Assembly: GCA_963815195.1 (NCBI GenBank)
Contig: CAWFGE010000013.1
Coordinates: 1,056,001-1,120,000, forward strand
Direction: 5' to 3'
DNA length: 64,000 nt
Source: an uncultured Planctomycetaceae bacterium
GTDB taxonomy: Bacteria; Planctomycetota; Planctomycetia; Planctomycetales; Planctomycetaceae
Shown in pieces: positions 62,287 to 64,000 of this stretch. The position numbers and the translations under genes were made by a program. The notes under the pieces were generated by a model that worked only from the letters and a program-made list of their open reading frames with translations, did not search any database and was not told the DNA's origin. How positions within the stretch are numbered: position 1 is the first letter of the stretch; every line of letters begins with the position of its first letter.

Positions 62287-63042
62287 TGGCAATCGAACGT
62301 GCGATGGAAACGCGATGCGTTATACTGGCACGCAGGTTATTATCTCAAACTGTAAGCCTTTGGGTGTAAGCGTTTGGGTGGCAGGGGCGCAAATTCCCCT
62401 TGGAGTAAGGCTTGAACTGTGAATGCTGGGGCTATGGCCGAGCGAGAAAAATTTCCCACGGCCCCAGACCTCAAATCTGCTTTTTCCTTGGAACATTCCA
62501 TTGCGCCCAGCCACCCCCTGCCGAATCAACGCCATCGGCCCGATGATGGCAATCGAACGTGCGATGGAAACGCGATGCGTTATACTGGCACGCAGGTTAT
62601 TATCTCAAACTGTAAGCCTTTGGGTGTAAGCCTTTGGGTGGCAGGGCGCAAATTCCCCTTGGAGTAAGGCTTGAACTGTGAATGCTGGGGCTATGGCCGA
62701 GCGAGAAAAATTTCCCACGGCCCCAGACCTCAAATCTGCTTTTTCCTTGGAACATTCCATTGCGCCCCAGCCACCCCCTGCCGAATCAACGCCATCGGCC
62801 CGATGATGGCAATCGAACGTGCGATGGAAACGCGATGCGTTATACTGGCACGCAGGTTATTATCTCAAACTGTAAGCCTTTGGGTGTAAGCGTTTGGGTG
62901 GCAGGGGCGCAAATTCCCCTTGGAGTAAGGCTTGAACTGTGAATGCTGGGGCTATGGCCGAGCGAGAAAAATTTCCCACGGCCCCAGACCTCAAATCTGC
63001 TTTTTCCTTGGAACATTCCATTGCGCCCTAGCCACCCCCTGC
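62260..63042. repeat. Three near-identical tandem 260-bp units
   Basis: CCGAATCAACGCCATCGG at 62261, 62521 and 62781; each unit has a GGGTGGCAGGGGCGCAA..TTGCGCCC(C)AGCCACCC inverted repeat. Confidence 0.95.
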
Positions 63043-63124
63043 ACTTTCGACTCACAGTCTGAATTATTAACATGCGGGTCGGTTCGCCAAAACTCACACT
63101 GTCGACGGAAAGATGGCATCGGCC

Positions 63125-64000
63125 ATGAAAAAGATTCGTTGGGGGATTTTGAGCACGGCGAAGATCGGGACCGAGAAAGTCATTCCCGCGATGCAGGAGT
63201 GCCGGTTCGGCGAAGTCGTCGCGATTTCTTCGCGGTCGGAAGACGCCGCGAAAGCCGCCGCCAAACGCCTGGGCATTCCGCAGGCCTACGGGTCTTATGA
63301 GGCGCTCCTGGAAGATGACGAGGTGGATGCGATCTACAATCCGCTGCCCAACCATCTCCACGTGCCCTGGTCGATCAAGGCCCTCGAAGCCGGCAAGCAC
63401 GTGCTCTGCGAAAAGCCGATCGGCCTCTCCGCCGCCCAGGGCCGGGAACTCGTCGAGGCGGGGAAGATGCGCCCGAGCCTCAAGCTGATGGAAGCCTTCA
63501 TGTACCGCCATCATCCGCAATGGCAAAAGGCCAAGGCCTTGGTGAACGAGGGAGAGATCGGCGACTTGCGGAGCATCCAGTCGTTCTTCTCCTACTATAA
63601 CGACAACCCGGACGACATCCGCAACCAGGCGGACATCGGCGGCGGCGGGCTGATGGACATCGGCTGTTATCCCATCTCGCTGTCGAGGTTTATCTTCAAC
63701 GCCGAGCCGACGCGCGTCCTGGGCCGTGTGGAATACGATCCCGCGCTCAACACGGATCGGCTGGCGTCCGCGATTCTGGACTTCGGCCGCGGCACATCCA
63801 CGTTCACCTGCTCGACGCAGTTGGTTCCTTATCAGCGGGTCAATATCTTCGGCACCCTAGGCCGGGTGGAGATCGAGATTCCCTTCAACGCCCCGCCCGA
63901 CCGCCCCTGCCGGATTTGGCATCAGCGGGGCCGGGACGACATCGAAGAAATCGCCTTCGAGACCTGCAATCAATACACCATCCAAGGCGATCTGTTTGCC
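63125..64000 (+). CDS. Gfo/Idh/MocA oxidoreductase (3' truncated by the window)
   Basis: MKKIRWGILSTAKIG, YNPLPNHLH, KHVLCEKP, GGG.LMDIGCY. Confidence 0.92.
   Translation, partial: MKKIRWGILSTAKIGTEKVIPAMQECRFGEVVAISSRSEDAAKAAAKRLGIPQAYGSYEALLEDDEVDAIYNPLPNHLHVPWSIKALEAGKHVLCEKPIGLSAAQGRELVEAGKMRPSLKLMEAFMYRHHPQWQKAKALVNEGEIGDLRSIQSFFSYYNDNPDDIRNQADIGGGGLMDIGCYPISLSRFIFNAEPTRVLGRVEYDPALNTDRLASAILDFGRGTSTFTCSTQLVPYQRVNIFGTLGRVEIEIPFNAPPDRPCRIWHQRGRDDIEEIAFETCNQYTIQGDLFA

Noticed and set aside
62260..63042. CRISPR array or repeated small CDSs
   Set aside because: 260-bp units without unique spacers; the ORFs change frame between copies

Overview
GC-rich bacterial chromosome segment, most likely Planctomycetota (DUF1549/DUF1553 protein, H4MPT-pathway genes DUF447 and beta-RFAP synthase, orphan MraZ, many WD40/LRR proteins, palindromic REP-like repeats). 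About nine genes are split by single frameshifts, which points to an unpolished long-read assembly. The main accessory feature is a ~15.4 kb phage-satellite-like integrative element (37535-52891) bounded by a 14-bp direct repeat, CTCCGCATCCAGCG. It encodes a tape-measure protein as its only recognisable virion protein, a replication module with iterons, an AlpA-like and a TerS-like HTH protein, an XRE repressor switch, three tandem tyrosine-recombinase-like genes, an HNH nuclease and an integrase. The integrase ORF runs through the right att site and, in the excised circle, would fuse in frame to a start-less 55-codon ORF at the left end. Other notable items: a patatin / subtilase / caspase-lipase cluster (candidate protease-gated defence or cell-death system), an EamA-BirA fusion, a Leu-rich leader-peptide attenuator before leuA, two copies of an ISL3-like MITE, and tandem repeat arrays. 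All calls come from reading motifs by eye; no database searches were run.
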